Assembly (NCBI GenBank): GCA_013239625.1
Contig: MU053487.1
Location: 1,135,058-1,199,057, forward strand
DNA: 64,000 nt
Source of the DNA: Lama guanicoe
Lineage: Eukaryota
Reading direction: 5' to 3'
Below are positions 39,671 through 51,637 of the stretch, piece after piece. The notes beneath the pieces were generated by a model, which worked only from the letters and a program-made list of their open reading frames with translations, searched no databases and had not been told where the DNA came from. Made by a program: the position numbers and the translations under genes. Numbering within the stretch: position 1 is the stretch's first letter; every line of letters begins with the position of its first letter.

Positions 39671-40369
39671 GCAGATACAATTTAAATGGAGATTAGACCA
39701 TCTCCGTTGCCCTTTTATTTTAATAGATGTTCTGTTTTTCACTGATGATTGCAGCATTGACCTGTGTGGTGGTGGAGAAGGTGCCAGCTCTAATTTTTAA
39801 TTTGCATCTCCTGTCACCCAGAAGATGAATGCAGGTCCTACCGTTCCTGCACACCTCTGGGAAAAGTCACTGATTTGTGTCCCTTTGTCATCTCATTTCA
39901 GCAGCAAGGGCTCAGGTCACTGGGCCTGTTGGTGGCACAGCTATTGCTAGCAAGGAGGCAGTGATACAATTTCACTTTCCTCTTTATTCAGCAGAGAGCA
40001 CGCTAGAATAAGCAGGGGAACTCTTTCCCGTCTTAAGCTAAATTAAAGAGCATTTGTGTCTTTGGCCAAGCTCTTGTAGCCTTTCTCTGCGAGTTAATAA
40101 TAGCGAGTTGTGCAAGAGGGGCTCTGATTTTCTGTGCCCCCCTCTTCTCTGGGTAAAGACCCTCCATAGTCATTACTGATGATCTTATTTCTCATAGCTG
40201 GATCCTCATAGCAAGACAAAACACTTCTATAAGAGAAGCATCTTCATTGAGAGAAGGGAATGAGGATTCCCCAAGACATTAATTACTTAAAGAGGTTTTA
40301 GGAACCGTACTTCCATCTCTGATGATTAAACAGGCACATGTCTGGGAAGTAAAGTTCTGAGGAAGAGAA

Positions 40370-40580
40370 TTCATGTTTCTTAAGCACTTACCATAAATCA
40401 CGTGAAGCTTCAGATTCTTTCATATACATTGTATTACATAAGCACCCTTAAAATTTACCAATGAACAAAATGGATCTCAAAGAGGTTACGTGACTTGCCC
40501 TAAACAACATGGTATTTAGTGGTGGGGCCAATGTCTTAATAGAAGCGTCTGTGATTTTAAAGCCATAGTTTTATAACAGC
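40370..40580 (-). mobile_element. MIR SINE
   Basis: CTCAAAGAGGTTACGTGACTTGCCC, the reverse MIR core. Confidence 0.6.
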
Positions 40581-41011
40581 ATCATGCTGCTGAAAAGTAA
40601 AGAGTGAAGAGGAGAAATGCCCACACAGCATGAGGTTTTTTCCTACTTTCCCCAAAATGAAGAGCTGCTGAGACAAAATAATGGGGACTTTGAGCCGAAT
40701 GAGAAGGGATGGAGAGCTTTTGTGTTTCTTAGACTCAGAAAAGGAAAAGAAACGAGTGTCCTAAAAATTAACTCCAGTTAAAGGAGACATCAGAGGCTGT
40801 CTCCCTGGCAGGGAGCTAAGAGTAACAGAGGCTAGAAGACATGTGTGACCAGAATCAAAGGAAGATGATGGTATCAGACCTGGTGTCCCTAGATAGCAAG
40901 AGATTTCACAGCTTTCTGGACACAGAGGCCACTCCCTGTAGTCCTGAGTGTGCAGCCCAGAAGGAGGCTGGTTGGTGGTGACTGTGGGAATCAGGGAACC
41001 TGCTGAGCCTC

Positions 41012-41374
41012 TGTATTTGATACTTTATGCTACATCATACACTGTCACAAAATTTAAGAACTTAAAACAACTGTATGTATTTAGCTCAAAATTCTGTGGA
41101 TGAGTTGAGTGGTTCTCCAAGACTAGGTTGGCTTGACTGATCTTTCCTGGGGTCCCTCAAGCATTTGTCAACCACTGGCAGCTACGCTAGAGGCTGAATA
41201 ATCTGGGATCGCCTCACTCACGTGTCTGGCAGTTGGTGAGGTCTTGTCCAGGTTGAGAGAGGTGACTGCCTCTTCTGTCACTCTTTATTCAACAGGTTAG
41301 CTCAGGCTACTTCCTCTGATGAGGGAGATAGGGTACCAGGGGCAGCAAGAGAGGGCAAATCTCAATGGACAAAC
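41012..41374 (-). mobile_element. MLT1H/G-like MaLR LTR, left piece
   Basis: TGTATT...CTTAAAACAAC...GCCTCACTCACGTGTCTGGCAGTTGG...GCAAGAGAGGGCAAATCTCAATG; continues at 45154. Confidence 0.75.
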
Positions 41375-41386
41375 TCCCCCCCCCCC

Positions 41387-43910
41387 AATATAACATCTTG
41401 CCGGACTACACTACAATGTCACAACCAAGATACCAACATTGATACAGTCAAGGCACAACAATTTAATCACCATAAGGGCCACTCTGATTACCCTTTTATA
41501 GCCCCATCTACTTGCTCTCCTGCCTCTGCTCCTTCCTTAACCCATAACAATCATTGGTCTGTTTTCCATTTTTATCATTTTGTCAATTCAAGAATGTTAT
41601 GTAAATGGAATCCAAGAGTTTATGAATTTTGCCTGAGATTCATCTAGGTTGTTGCATGTAGCAATGGATAGTTCCTTTTTACTGCTGAGTAGTATGCATG
41701 ATATTGTGGTTTATTTAACTCTTTACCCATTGAAAGACCTCTGGGTTGCTTCCAGGTTTAGGATAATTTGAATAAGACTATCATAAACATTTGTGCACAG
41801 GTTTTATGTGGACATAGTTTTCATTTCTCTGGGATATATGCTGAAAAGTGTAATTGCCAAGTCACAAGATATTTGCATGTTTTGTTTTTAAAGAACATTT
41901 CAAAATATTTTCCAGAGTTGATGTGCCATTTTACATTTCACCCAAGTGATACAGTTTCTCCACATCCTTGTCAGCATTTAGTGATGTCTGATATGTCTAT
42001 AGTAATATGTTATTTTAGGATTAATTTGCATTTTTCTAATGGCTAATGATGTTGAACATCTTTTTGTGTGCTTATTTTCTATTCACATATCTTCCTTGTT
42101 GAAATGTCTCTCCATGTCCTTTGTCAACACTCTAATTGGATTTTTTTAAATCTGTTAAGTTCTGCGAGTTCTTTATATAGTCTACATACTAGCCATTGTC
42201 AGTTACATAGTTTGCAAATAAATGCATTCTCCCAGCCTGTGGCTTTATCTTTTTATACTCTTCACAGGGTCTTTTATAGAACAAAAGTTTTTAAATTTGA
42301 TGGCATTCAGTTTATCAATTAAAAAAAATCATGCTTTTGGTGTCATATCTAAGAACTTTTCACCAAATGCTAGGCTCTGAAGATTCTTTTCTGTGTTTCT
42401 TTCTGGATTTTCACCAATTAAAAGTGTTACAGTTTCTTGTTTAAATGTATGATCCAATTTGAGTTAATTTTTGTATCAGTTGTGGGATTCAGGTCAAGGT
42501 TTTATTTTTGGTCTGTGGGATATCCAGTTGCACCATTTGTTGAAGAGATATTCTTTTACGTTGAATTAATTTTGCACCTCTTTTTTTAGAAAAGCTGTTG
42601 GCTGTACTTGTGTTGGGCTATTTCTGAGTTCTCTATTTTATTGCATTGATATACATGTCTATCCCTCTGCTAATACCACTGTCTTTATTATATAGTGGTA
42701 TAATATAATAAGTCTGGAAGTCAGGTAAAATTATTCCTCTATCTTTATTATTCGTTTTCAGAATTGTTTTAATTATTTTATTTCTTTTGCCTTTCCATAT
42801 ACATTTTAAAATAATGTTTATTATTTTACAAAAAAATCTTGCTGAAATTTTCATTATAATTGTATTAAGACTAACAATTTGGGGAAAATTAACATCTTTA
42901 CTTTGTTGAATCTTTCAGTCTAAGATAACTGTATGATTCTTCATTTGTTTAGATCTTCCTTTTATAGTTTTAAGCATATGAGTCCTGTACGTGTTTTGTT
43001 AGGCTTACACTGAAGTATTTCATTTTTATCAAGTTATAAATTGTATTGTGTTTTAAATTTCAGTGTCTAAGTGTTCATTGCTAGTATGGAGAAATATAAT
43101 TTATTTCTGAATATTTATCTTCTATCCTGTGACCTTGCTAAGTTCACTTAACTTACTTATTAAGTTGAGAAAGCTTTTTTGGTAGGTTTTTTGGGCTTTT
43201 CTACGTTGATAGTCATGTTATCTGCAAATATGGATCATTTCATTCCTTCGTTTCTCATTTATCATTCATGTTCCTTTCTTTGCCGTTTAACACTTGCTAA
43301 ACCGTATAGAACTAGGCTGAGTAAATGTGGTGAGAGCGGACATCCTTGGCTCGTTCCCAGTCCTAAGGGGAAAGCACTCAGTCTTTCACCACTAAATATA
43401 CTGTATTGTTTGTACGTTTCCTATTTATTTGAGGACAATCTCCTTAATTCCTAATTTTCTGTTTTTTTAAATTCTGAATTGCTTTAAATTTTCATCAGAT
43501 GCTTTTTAAAATCAATTTACAGGATCATGTGATTTTTCTTCTTTAATGAAACAGAATTTTCTGCTGTTAATATGGTAATTATACAGAATGATTTTTGAAT
43601 TTTGAAACAGACTTTTATCACCAGAATCTACCTGACATAGTAATGGCATGCAATTCTTTTTGTATATTTCTGAATTATGCTTGCTAATATTTGGTTGAAG
43701 GTTTGTGCCTGTATTTATGAGGAAAACTGGTCTGTAGTTTCTTTTCCATAAAATTTTCTTTGATTTTGGTAAGAGAGTAATACTGGTTTCATAAAATGAA
43801 ATGGAAACCATTTCCTTCTCTTTTATTTTCTGGAAAAAAGTTTAGGTAGAATTGGTGTTAATTTTTTGTTAAATGTTTGGTAGAATTCTTCAGCAAAAAT
43901 TTCTGGGTTG
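41387..43910 (-). mobile_element. L1MC/MD-like LINE: ORF2 distal half and 3' UTR
   Basis: ORFs 43512-43811 (SFYETSITLLPKS...NYRPVFLIN, cf. SFYEASIILIPKP...NFRPISLMN) and 42633-42854 (LKCIWK...GIILPDFQTYY, cf. LKFIWN...GITLPDFKLYY). Confidence 0.9.
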
Positions 43911-43911
43911 G

Positions 43912-44655
43912 AAAAAAAACTCAATTTAAAAATGGCAAAAGAGATAAACAGACATCTCACCAAAGATGATATACAGATAGCAAATATCCCTATGAAAAAA
44001 TATTCAGAATTATCTTATTAGGGAATTACAAATTAAAACAACAATGAGATAATACTGCACAGTTATTAAAATGGCTAAAACCCCAAACCCTGAAAACACC
44101 AAATGCTGATGAGAATGTGGAGCAACAGAAACTCTCACCCATTGCTGATGGAAATGTAAAATAGTACAGGCATTTAGAAGACCCTTTGGTAGTTTCTCAC
44201 AAAACTAGACATATTATTACCGTATGATTCAGCAGTCATTTATCCAGTGAGCTGGAGCTGGTATTTACCCAAAAGAGTTGAAAACGTGCATCTACAAAAC
44301 CTTCTGCACATGAACGTGTATAACAGCTTTATTCATAATTGAGAAATCTTGGACAATGCAAGCTAAAAAGAAACGAGCTATTAAGTCATGGAAAGACAGG
44401 GAAGATCCTTAAAGGCACATTGCTAAGTGAAAGAAGCCAATTTGAAATGGCATTATGCTGTATGATTCCAACTATATGACACTCTGGAAGGCTACACGAT
44501 GGAGAAAGTAAAAGGATAAGCGGTTGCCAGGGATTCAGAGGGCTGGGGTGGGGTGGAGAAGAGTAAATAGGTGGAGCACTGGGGATTTTAAGAGGCATGA
44601 ACTATTCTGAATGTTACTGGAATAGTAGATACCAATCATGACACATTTGTCAAAT
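43912..44655 (+). mobile_element. L1MC1-like 3' fragment in opposite orientation
   Basis: AAAATGGCAAAAGAGATAAACAGACATCTCACCAAAG...GAAAGAAGCCAATTTGAA...TGTATGATTCCAACTATATGACA...CATTTGTCAAA. Confidence 0.85.
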
Positions 44656-44699
44656 GTCTGTGGCACTACCCCCAGGAGGGACATTGGGGAAATTTGTTA

Positions 44700-45152
44700 C
44701 AGACTCCTAAGGATGGAGGTTAGGCTCTTCACTTGCCTTTTGCTGGCGTGGATGGGGCTGGTATCACTGTTATTTCTATAATATGTGGCTAGAAAAAAAG
44801 TCTTTATTATCTAAAAGTTTTCTGTCTTGCTAACTGTCCCTTTTCCTTGTCCTTTTGCTACAGAGAACAGGTTTTCGTGGGGGCATCTCTTGTCTGTGCC
44901 TGTTGACATTTCTGAGTTTTTAGCTTTCACAGCTCTGAATCTGGAATATGTGAAGCAAAGAGAAAATTCAGGGAACTAACTACGATTTTATTCCTTGGGT
45001 TCTGACATTCCTAGTCAGTCTTCCTTCTTCTCTTCACCTTTCAAAGTCCTCTGTTGATTATTTTATACATCGTAGTCAGGGTTTTCACTGGTACTTGATA
45101 AGAGGAATCAGGAAAAGCACATCTATTCCATCTTCCTATAAACAACAGTCCC
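44700..45152 (-). mobile_element. L1MC-type 5' UTR
   Basis: The reverse complement begins GGGACT...GGAAGATGGAATAGATGTGCTTTTCC and aligns by eye with 50558 onward. Confidence 0.75.
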
Positions 45153-45153
45153 T

Positions 45154-45318
45154 CAAGCACTTTTGAAGTCTCTCCTTATGTCAGGTTTCTACGGTCTCGG
45201 GAGTCACACTTGGACACAAGACCAATCCTAAACGGTGGAGAAATCACCATGTGACGGCAGAATTATGCAGATACAGGAAGGGGAGGAACTGCCAGCCATT
45301 TTTATAACTTATCCAAAC
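45154..45318 (-). mobile_element. MLT1H/G-like MaLR LTR, right piece
   Basis: CAAGCACTTTTGAAGTCTCT...GGTGGAGAAAT...GATACAGGAAGGGGAGGAACTG...CCATTTTT continues the consensus from 41374. Confidence 0.7.
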
Positions 45319-46099
45319 CTCTCTGATAGATAAAAGATGAGGAAATGAGAGTTATAGAGCAGAAGAGAGAGCCAGAGGAAGAGAGAGAGAACAAGTCAGG
45401 GAGAGGAGGAGGAAGAGAAAAAGAAAAGATATCAGCAAAGTTGTTAGGAAGAGCAAATGGAAGACTGTCCTTGATAACACAGTTGTCAAGAAAAACACAT
45501 TCCAGTCAATTAAAGCTGCATATTGCACAAGTGAGTAATAAGAAAGTGTGTAATGAGCCATTAAAGATGTGGAATACATCATTTCACGTGGGTGGTGAGA
45601 ACATGGGGATAAGAGAGATGCTATGGCCAAGGTACTCCTTATGGTCTTTCACAGTTTCTTATTTTCCAACATGATGAAAATGTTTCACTGCTTCTGATGT
45701 TGCAGAGTGAATGGAATGGTAGCTAATTTCATGTGCTTTTTGAAGGGATTAGATGTTTTTTAAGTTTCTGAGTTCTAATTTTTTTTTTCACTTATGGAAC
45801 GTCCAAATTCTCCCACGTTATGTCTGTCAGTGACTGGGAGTAATTAGAGATAAAGTTTGAGATTCCTTGCAACTGTCCTCCTAAAAGCAAACCTCAAACT
45901 CTTCTGTTTCCTGTTGATTCATCCATTTTCCAAAACAGTGTGTTCTCAGTTCAGTGGGCAGCACGAATATTTGCACAGAACCTCCTCCCCATAATATAGC
46001 TCAGACTGTCATATCAAGGGGCATCTTGACACCAGGAACACTCCAGCAAGTGATTCTAAAGTGCTAAGTCAACTTCATTCTGCTTCTGTGTTTCAAAAT

Positions 46100-46320
46100 A
46101 TCATGTGTTAAGTGCTATCTTTGTGTTAAGTACTATGCTATACACTCTAGATAAAATGTCTCACTTACCTACTTTGATGTAAGTATTATAATCACCATTT
46201 TACAGAGAAGGTCTAGAAGAGTTAATGGCTATCGAAAGCACACTAATAGTGACATAGCTAGGAATAAACCTCAGTTCTCTCTGGTTCAGAGGCCTAGCCA
46301 CTCAGCCACAATGCCACATT
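46100..46320 (-). mobile_element. MIR SINE
   Basis: CACCATTTTACAGAG...AGAGTTAA...CAGTTCTCTCTGGTTCAGAGGCC. Confidence 0.6.
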
Positions 46321-47139
46321 GTCTCCCCCTATGAATCTCAAATAGCAACAACAGAAAGACCAGGATTCTAGGCTGAGGAATTTCATCCCAGTTTCTGAAA
46401 CTTTAAGCATTAGAGTGAAATTTATGACACTGAAGTAGAATATCAAAGATATAAAGAGACTGGAAAGACTATACTTCCAGCGATGCTCAAACATAGCATT
46501 TTAATGATGGAAGTTTGAGAGAAACTTTATTGGGGTTTTCAGCAGATAGTCTTAGATACCTCTGGATGCTGCAATGCATTCTTATTCTGAGCTGAAATTA
46601 ATTAATGCTGATATACTGCTCTGAGATACAAGATTCAGAGTAACTTTGCAAATAAAAATCCTGCATTCCGTTTCTCTTGACCTCTTTGCTTGTCCTGTTT
46701 AGGCCTGTAATCAAGCAAATACATCTTTCTGCAGCATCTCAAGTAATGGTGAATCTTTCATCAAACCAGTAAATGCTAACATATTTAAAACGAATAACTC
46801 CGCAGAATGTCTGAAGCTTAGATCTCTCCTTGTGAAAATAGATATTACTTACAGTTCTACTGCAGTTATGAGGATGTCAGAATTGTGAGAAAGAAAATCA
46901 TTAAATTAACAAACCATAAATTGTTACAGAATGACTGCTGTTACCAGGAATCATCTGCAGACATGAGTGTTTTGGGAACTGCCTCTTCTTTCAAAGACCC
47001 ACTGACAATGGGGATGCTATGAATGGCAGGGGTGCTTTGGAAAGAGTCAAAAGAGAAAATAAACTCCCAAGATTTGGGAGATGAAAAGGACCCTAGAGAG
47101 TATGTGTATTCATTGATTGCTTCATTTTTTGGTATGCTC

Positions 47140-47305
47140 AGTCATAGCATCAGGGCACAGTGGGTAGAACGGATGCTGGATTATTCATGCAGACAGTTTT
47201 CATACCTAACTCTTCAGTTCCTGTTTGTATCACTCATCCTCTCTGAGCTTCAGGTTCCTCATCTGCAAAATGGATTTCCTTATAGAATGATTCTCTCATC
47301 ATTAT
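47140..47305 (+). mobile_element. MIR fragment
   Basis: CTCTCTGAGCTTCAGGTTCCTCATCTGCAAAATGG. Confidence 0.7.
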
Positions 47306-47314
47306 GAAAGGACC

Positions 47315-47700
47315 TTCTTTATCCCTGGTTGTAGTCCTTGTCTTGAAGTCTACTTTATGTAGCCTTATCTGCTTCCTTTTATGCTTAGAGTTTGTGTATA
47401 TTTCTGTTTGCATCCTTTCATTTTCAGTTTGTCTGTGCTTTTAAATTTAAAGGTCATCTTGTAAACAGCATATAGCTGAGTCTTGCTTTCTATTCATTCT
47501 GAAAAATTTTGCATTTAATTGAGTATTCAGAATTTACATTTAAGGTAATTATTACATGGTCGGAGTTACATCTACCATCATGTCCTTTGCGTTCTATTAG
47601 CCACTTTTTTTTCTTCTGCTCCATTCTTATCTTCCTTTGGGTTAACTGAGTATTTTTTTATTTACCTATTTAGAATTTATTCTCTCTCCATTACTGTCTT
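47315..47700 (-). mobile_element. Old L1M ORF2 endonuclease-region fragment
   Basis: TTGTCTTGAAGTCTACTTT...CTTGTAAACAGCATATAGCTGAGTCTTGCTTT...TTTACATTTAAGGTAATTATT, reverse L1 endonuclease motifs. Confidence 0.7.
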
Positions 47701-49383
47701 TTTTTAGACCAAATAGGTTTTTTTAAAAAAAAATTTGTTTTTGTTTTTTTCAGATACTTAATTCAGTGGTTGGGGTTTAACTTACGATAGCTATTTCTTA
47801 ATCATACAGTTTTCACTCAGTATAATGAATAATCTAGTATTGCTGACATCATGTGCAATTCAAATGGGTGGAACATTGTTTTGGCCCTAAAGGGGACTAA
47901 GAATTTAATGACGAAGTATAATATATAGACTTCATACAATGACACATGTCAAAATGGAAGTATATACAAGTATGTTCAAGAAAGCATTGAAACACAAGGT
48001 AGGTAGGGTTTGGAGAGGAAGGATGAGAAAGAGATTTACAGGTGACAAATGGAGAAGAAGGAGGGTTTCTTTACAGACATTCATGCACAGAAAGGGAAGG
48101 ATCATGTTAGTGAACTCTGATTACTATAACTAGACTAAAATGTGACATGTGTGTCTGTGTGGAGAGGATGGGACGTAAAATTACAGATCGCAAGGTACTC
48201 TTAAGATCAATCTGGGGAATCTGAACCTCGTTTTAGTGGTGATGAGGAGTTACTGAAGGACTTTAAATCATTTGGGTGATATAACTTGATGTATATTTAC
48301 AAAAATCACACTGATGGTTGAGTAATGAATGTTGATCAGAGGGAGAAAAGCAGCAGGGTCGGCAAAAAAGCCACACTCAATTCTGCACATAAAGAAAGTA
48401 AGTCTCAGAGAACTGATGGGTAGTAATTTACCCAAGTCACAAATTAATAAAATGTGAGCATGGCATCAACAATCCTGATACCTAACACATCTTTAACATG
48501 CTGTATTCGCCTGGTAATTTGAAAAATTTGCATCTTGTGTTCTCACATAATAAGTGCTTTTGATGATATTAAAGGTAATGATATAATATGGTTGTTTCAC
48601 AGTACAGATACACTGATACTTGCAGTCAAAACTACACTGACCTGAGTGGGAGAAATGCCTTAATATGTGTATTTACATAACTCCTAAGAGGAAGAAGGAA
48701 AAATGGTGGAGTCGTCAGAGTTATCCAGTGGCTGGTTTAAGAGGACACAGTTTCTATTCCAAACTTACCCAAGTATAGCAAATGTATTTTTAACCTGTTC
48801 CCTAAATAGATTTCATACACGCTGTGTCAGCTAAGTCATTTTAACTGGTTTTTGCCCCTCTTCCATCTTAAGCTAGATACATGATTGACTGGAGACTACA
48901 TTTGATTGATAGACATAACAATTTAAATATAAACACTTTATTAACCCTGCAAGGGCATCTTAATAAAAGAACACGATGGAGATAAGACATGCACAGTAGA
49001 TGTGCTGATTTTGATGCCAGTAGCCTTGTAGCTTAATGTGACAGAAACAATGAATCAATTGCAATGCTGTGAAAATACTTCCAAAGATATTTTCTCCACT
49101 CTCTTTAAATCAGCAGCTCCATGTAAGTAGACAGTGCTAAAGGATTATGCAAAGGCTTAATACTTTTTTTGTCCCATATAGGATTTTAACTGAGATTCAA
49201 AATTCTCTCGTTTTTTAATAGACCTGAGATGGCTCCTCCAGGAGGATTGTCATACTCTGTCCACGACCCTGGCAGCACCCTGACCCTTGTAGGATGACCT
49301 AGAAACCTGAGTCATTATTTCTAGATGATCCAACGGGCCAAAAGAAAGCAGTTAGATGATTCATTAACACTATTAGCTAATTT

Positions 49384-49597
49384 TATTTATTTTTCCTTTT
49401 TTTTTAAACTGAAGTATAGTGGATTTACAATATACAGTTTCTGGTTTACAGCATAGTGATTCAGTTATACATACATATACTATATATATACACACATACT
49501 CTTTCTCATATTCTTTTTCATTACAGGTTACTACAAGCCACTGAGTATAGTTCCTTGTGCTATACAGTAAGGCCTTGTTTATCTTTTCTTTACAGAG
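49384..49597 (-). mobile_element. Lineage L1 3' end inserted at the tail of a MIR
   Basis: GAAGTATAGTGGATTTACAAT...CAGCATAGTGATTCAGTTATAC...TAGTTCCTTGTGCTATACAGTA. Perfect 13-bp TSD TATTAGCTAATTT at 49371-49383 and 49598-49610. Confidence 0.9.
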
Positions 49598-49599
49598 TA

Positions 49600-49860
49600 T
49601 TAGCTAATTTATTAAGAACTACTCATGAAGCAGATACTATACTAAATGTTTTACATGTGTTAACTCATTTAATATTCATAACATGGAATGGGTAATATCT
49701 TTATTTTACAGGTGAGAAAACTGAGTGTCTAAGAATTTACTATACTTTGTCTAACAGCAAACATCCAGAATGTTTAGTAAGTAGTAAGAATTAAGTAGTA
49801 GGTAGGAAGTTAGTAGTCAGAACTAGAGTCAATCTGCTCCAGATCCTAAGCGTTTGAACT
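49600..49860 (-). mobile_element. MIR SINE
   Basis: TTAACTCATTTAAT...ATTTTACAGGTGAGAAAACTGAG. Confidence 0.8.
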
Positions 49861-50557
49861 GCAGGTCTGTATACATATTGGTCACCATGACTGGACAAGA
49901 ATCTGAAAATGCAAGTGCTGTTGAACAGATAGTTTCTGGTAGTAATCATTTCTCGTAGTTGCATGTAGTTTATAGAATCTAAAGCTCTTTCACATGTCGA
50001 TTAATTTAATCATCCCAACAATCTTAGGAAATAGATATTATTCCCATTTCACAGATAAAGGATTAAAAGCTGAAGAGGCTAGGTGAGTTTTTCAAGGTTA
50101 TGCATGGAAGAAGCAGAATTGGGTTTTGGCATAATTTAGACTTGGGTTCAAATCTAGAATCTACCCTCTACAAGCACATACATGAAATTTGAGCTGAAGT
50201 TTTCTTACCTGTAGATAAATTTCTCTTCAGACAATTATTTTGGTCAATATAGTGCCTGTCACTTCCTGTCTACATAATAGGTAGTGTTCCATTTGTCCAA
50301 TCTATAGAAAGTTTTGATATCGTCTAATTTCTAGGACTAAAGGAGGAAAAATAAAGAAAATTGTGTTGTTATAGCCACACATTAAGTAGGTTTTCAAAAT
50401 CTGAGAAAACCAAAGGCATAAAAAATATGACTGATTTTAATAAGTGATACTATCCTTCATGGCCTAAAAAAGACACACACCTCTTAACTTTTTCTTTTGT
50501 CATAACGGCTTCAGCTTAGTCCAGTTGTAGGTCTAGTCAGTTAACAACCATTGAGCA

Positions 50558-51400
50558 GGGGACTTCTGCTTCCCAGAAGAGGGAGTAGGTGCATTTTCCT
50601 TCATTCTTCCTGCAAAGTACAATCAAAACCCTTGGACATACACAAGACAAACATAGGAAAACTAAAAGGTGGAGAGAAGAAGGCAGAACATCCAGGGAAC
50701 TGGGGTCTCAGTGAATAGCATGGTGATAGCTTCCCTGAGTTTCCTATTTGCCTCATATAGCCCAGAATTAGAGCTGAAGAAGCCAGCAAACTGGACATGC
50801 CAACAGGCAGAGACATACACGAGAAGATACACCAAATCCTGCTCTCTCTCTCTCTCTCTAGCTGAAGGACCACTTGCATTCTAGCAAGACAGAAAAAAAA
50901 AATTTTTCTAATTAACTTTTTTTGAGGGGGGAAGGCAATTGGTTTTGGTTTTTTTTTTTTAATGGAGGTCCTAATCCCCAGGACCTCGTGCGTACTAAGC
51001 ACACACTCTACCACTGAGCTATACCCTCCCCACTAAATTAATCGATGTACTCTGGTCAAATACTGCAGGAAAACTGTGGTGCCTACTCCTATCCATGCCT
51101 GGACTTCCATCCTAATGAGGCTAGTGAGACTTTCTATCACCCAGTGAGCTGGTGTCAGTGAATGCCAAGTAGGGACCTGGGACTTTTGTCCCCATGCCTA
51201 GTAAAAAGGTCCCCATTGTCTCAGGAACCTGGATTCCATGCCCAACGGCTTTCACAGGTGTTCTTCCTGTCTCTGATGGTAGTATCAGAGGAGGACTGGT
51301 GAAGAGTCAAGACTTGAATTATCACCCAGTGGGAATGAGGCCAAGTACACCTGCTGTCACTGGAGACTACAACCCCCACCCCAGCTCAAGACAGTGTTTG
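50558..51400 (+). mobile_element. L1MC-type 5' UTR, interrupted by a SINE
   Basis: Begins GGGGACTTCTGCTTCC; AAAGGTGGAGAGAAGAAGGCAGA...CCCTGAGTTTCCT...TGCCAACAGGCAGAGAC is homologous to the reverse complement of 44700-45152. Confidence 0.75.
50917..51032 (-). mobile_element. tRNA-derived SINE, camelid vic-1-like (second copy, B-box rearranged)
   Basis: CACTCTACCACTGAGCTATACCCTCCCC head and GGGGGGAAGGCAATT...T-tail match the copy at 6153-6266. Confidence 0.9.
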
Positions 51401-51637
51401 AGATTTTGCTGATACCAGGAGGGCTCCTCCTGCTCTCTTGTCCTGTTTCTCACTGACAAACTACCTGGCCTACTGTTGAGCCTGCATCACTAATGAATCT
51501 ATAAATGTCCTCCTAGTTGTCTTTCAACACAAATTCCACTGTTGTTAAGAGCACTTTTAGACTTGACCTTCTTCTCATTCTGTTGCAAATAAGTCAGTGT
51601 CTTTGGGGAGGGATTCAGAACTCTGGTCTGTGACCTG

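Noticed and set aside
50601..51014. 137-aa ORF
   Set aside because: Runs through a SINE, its poly-A and an antisense L1 5' UTR; a repeat-derived artefact.
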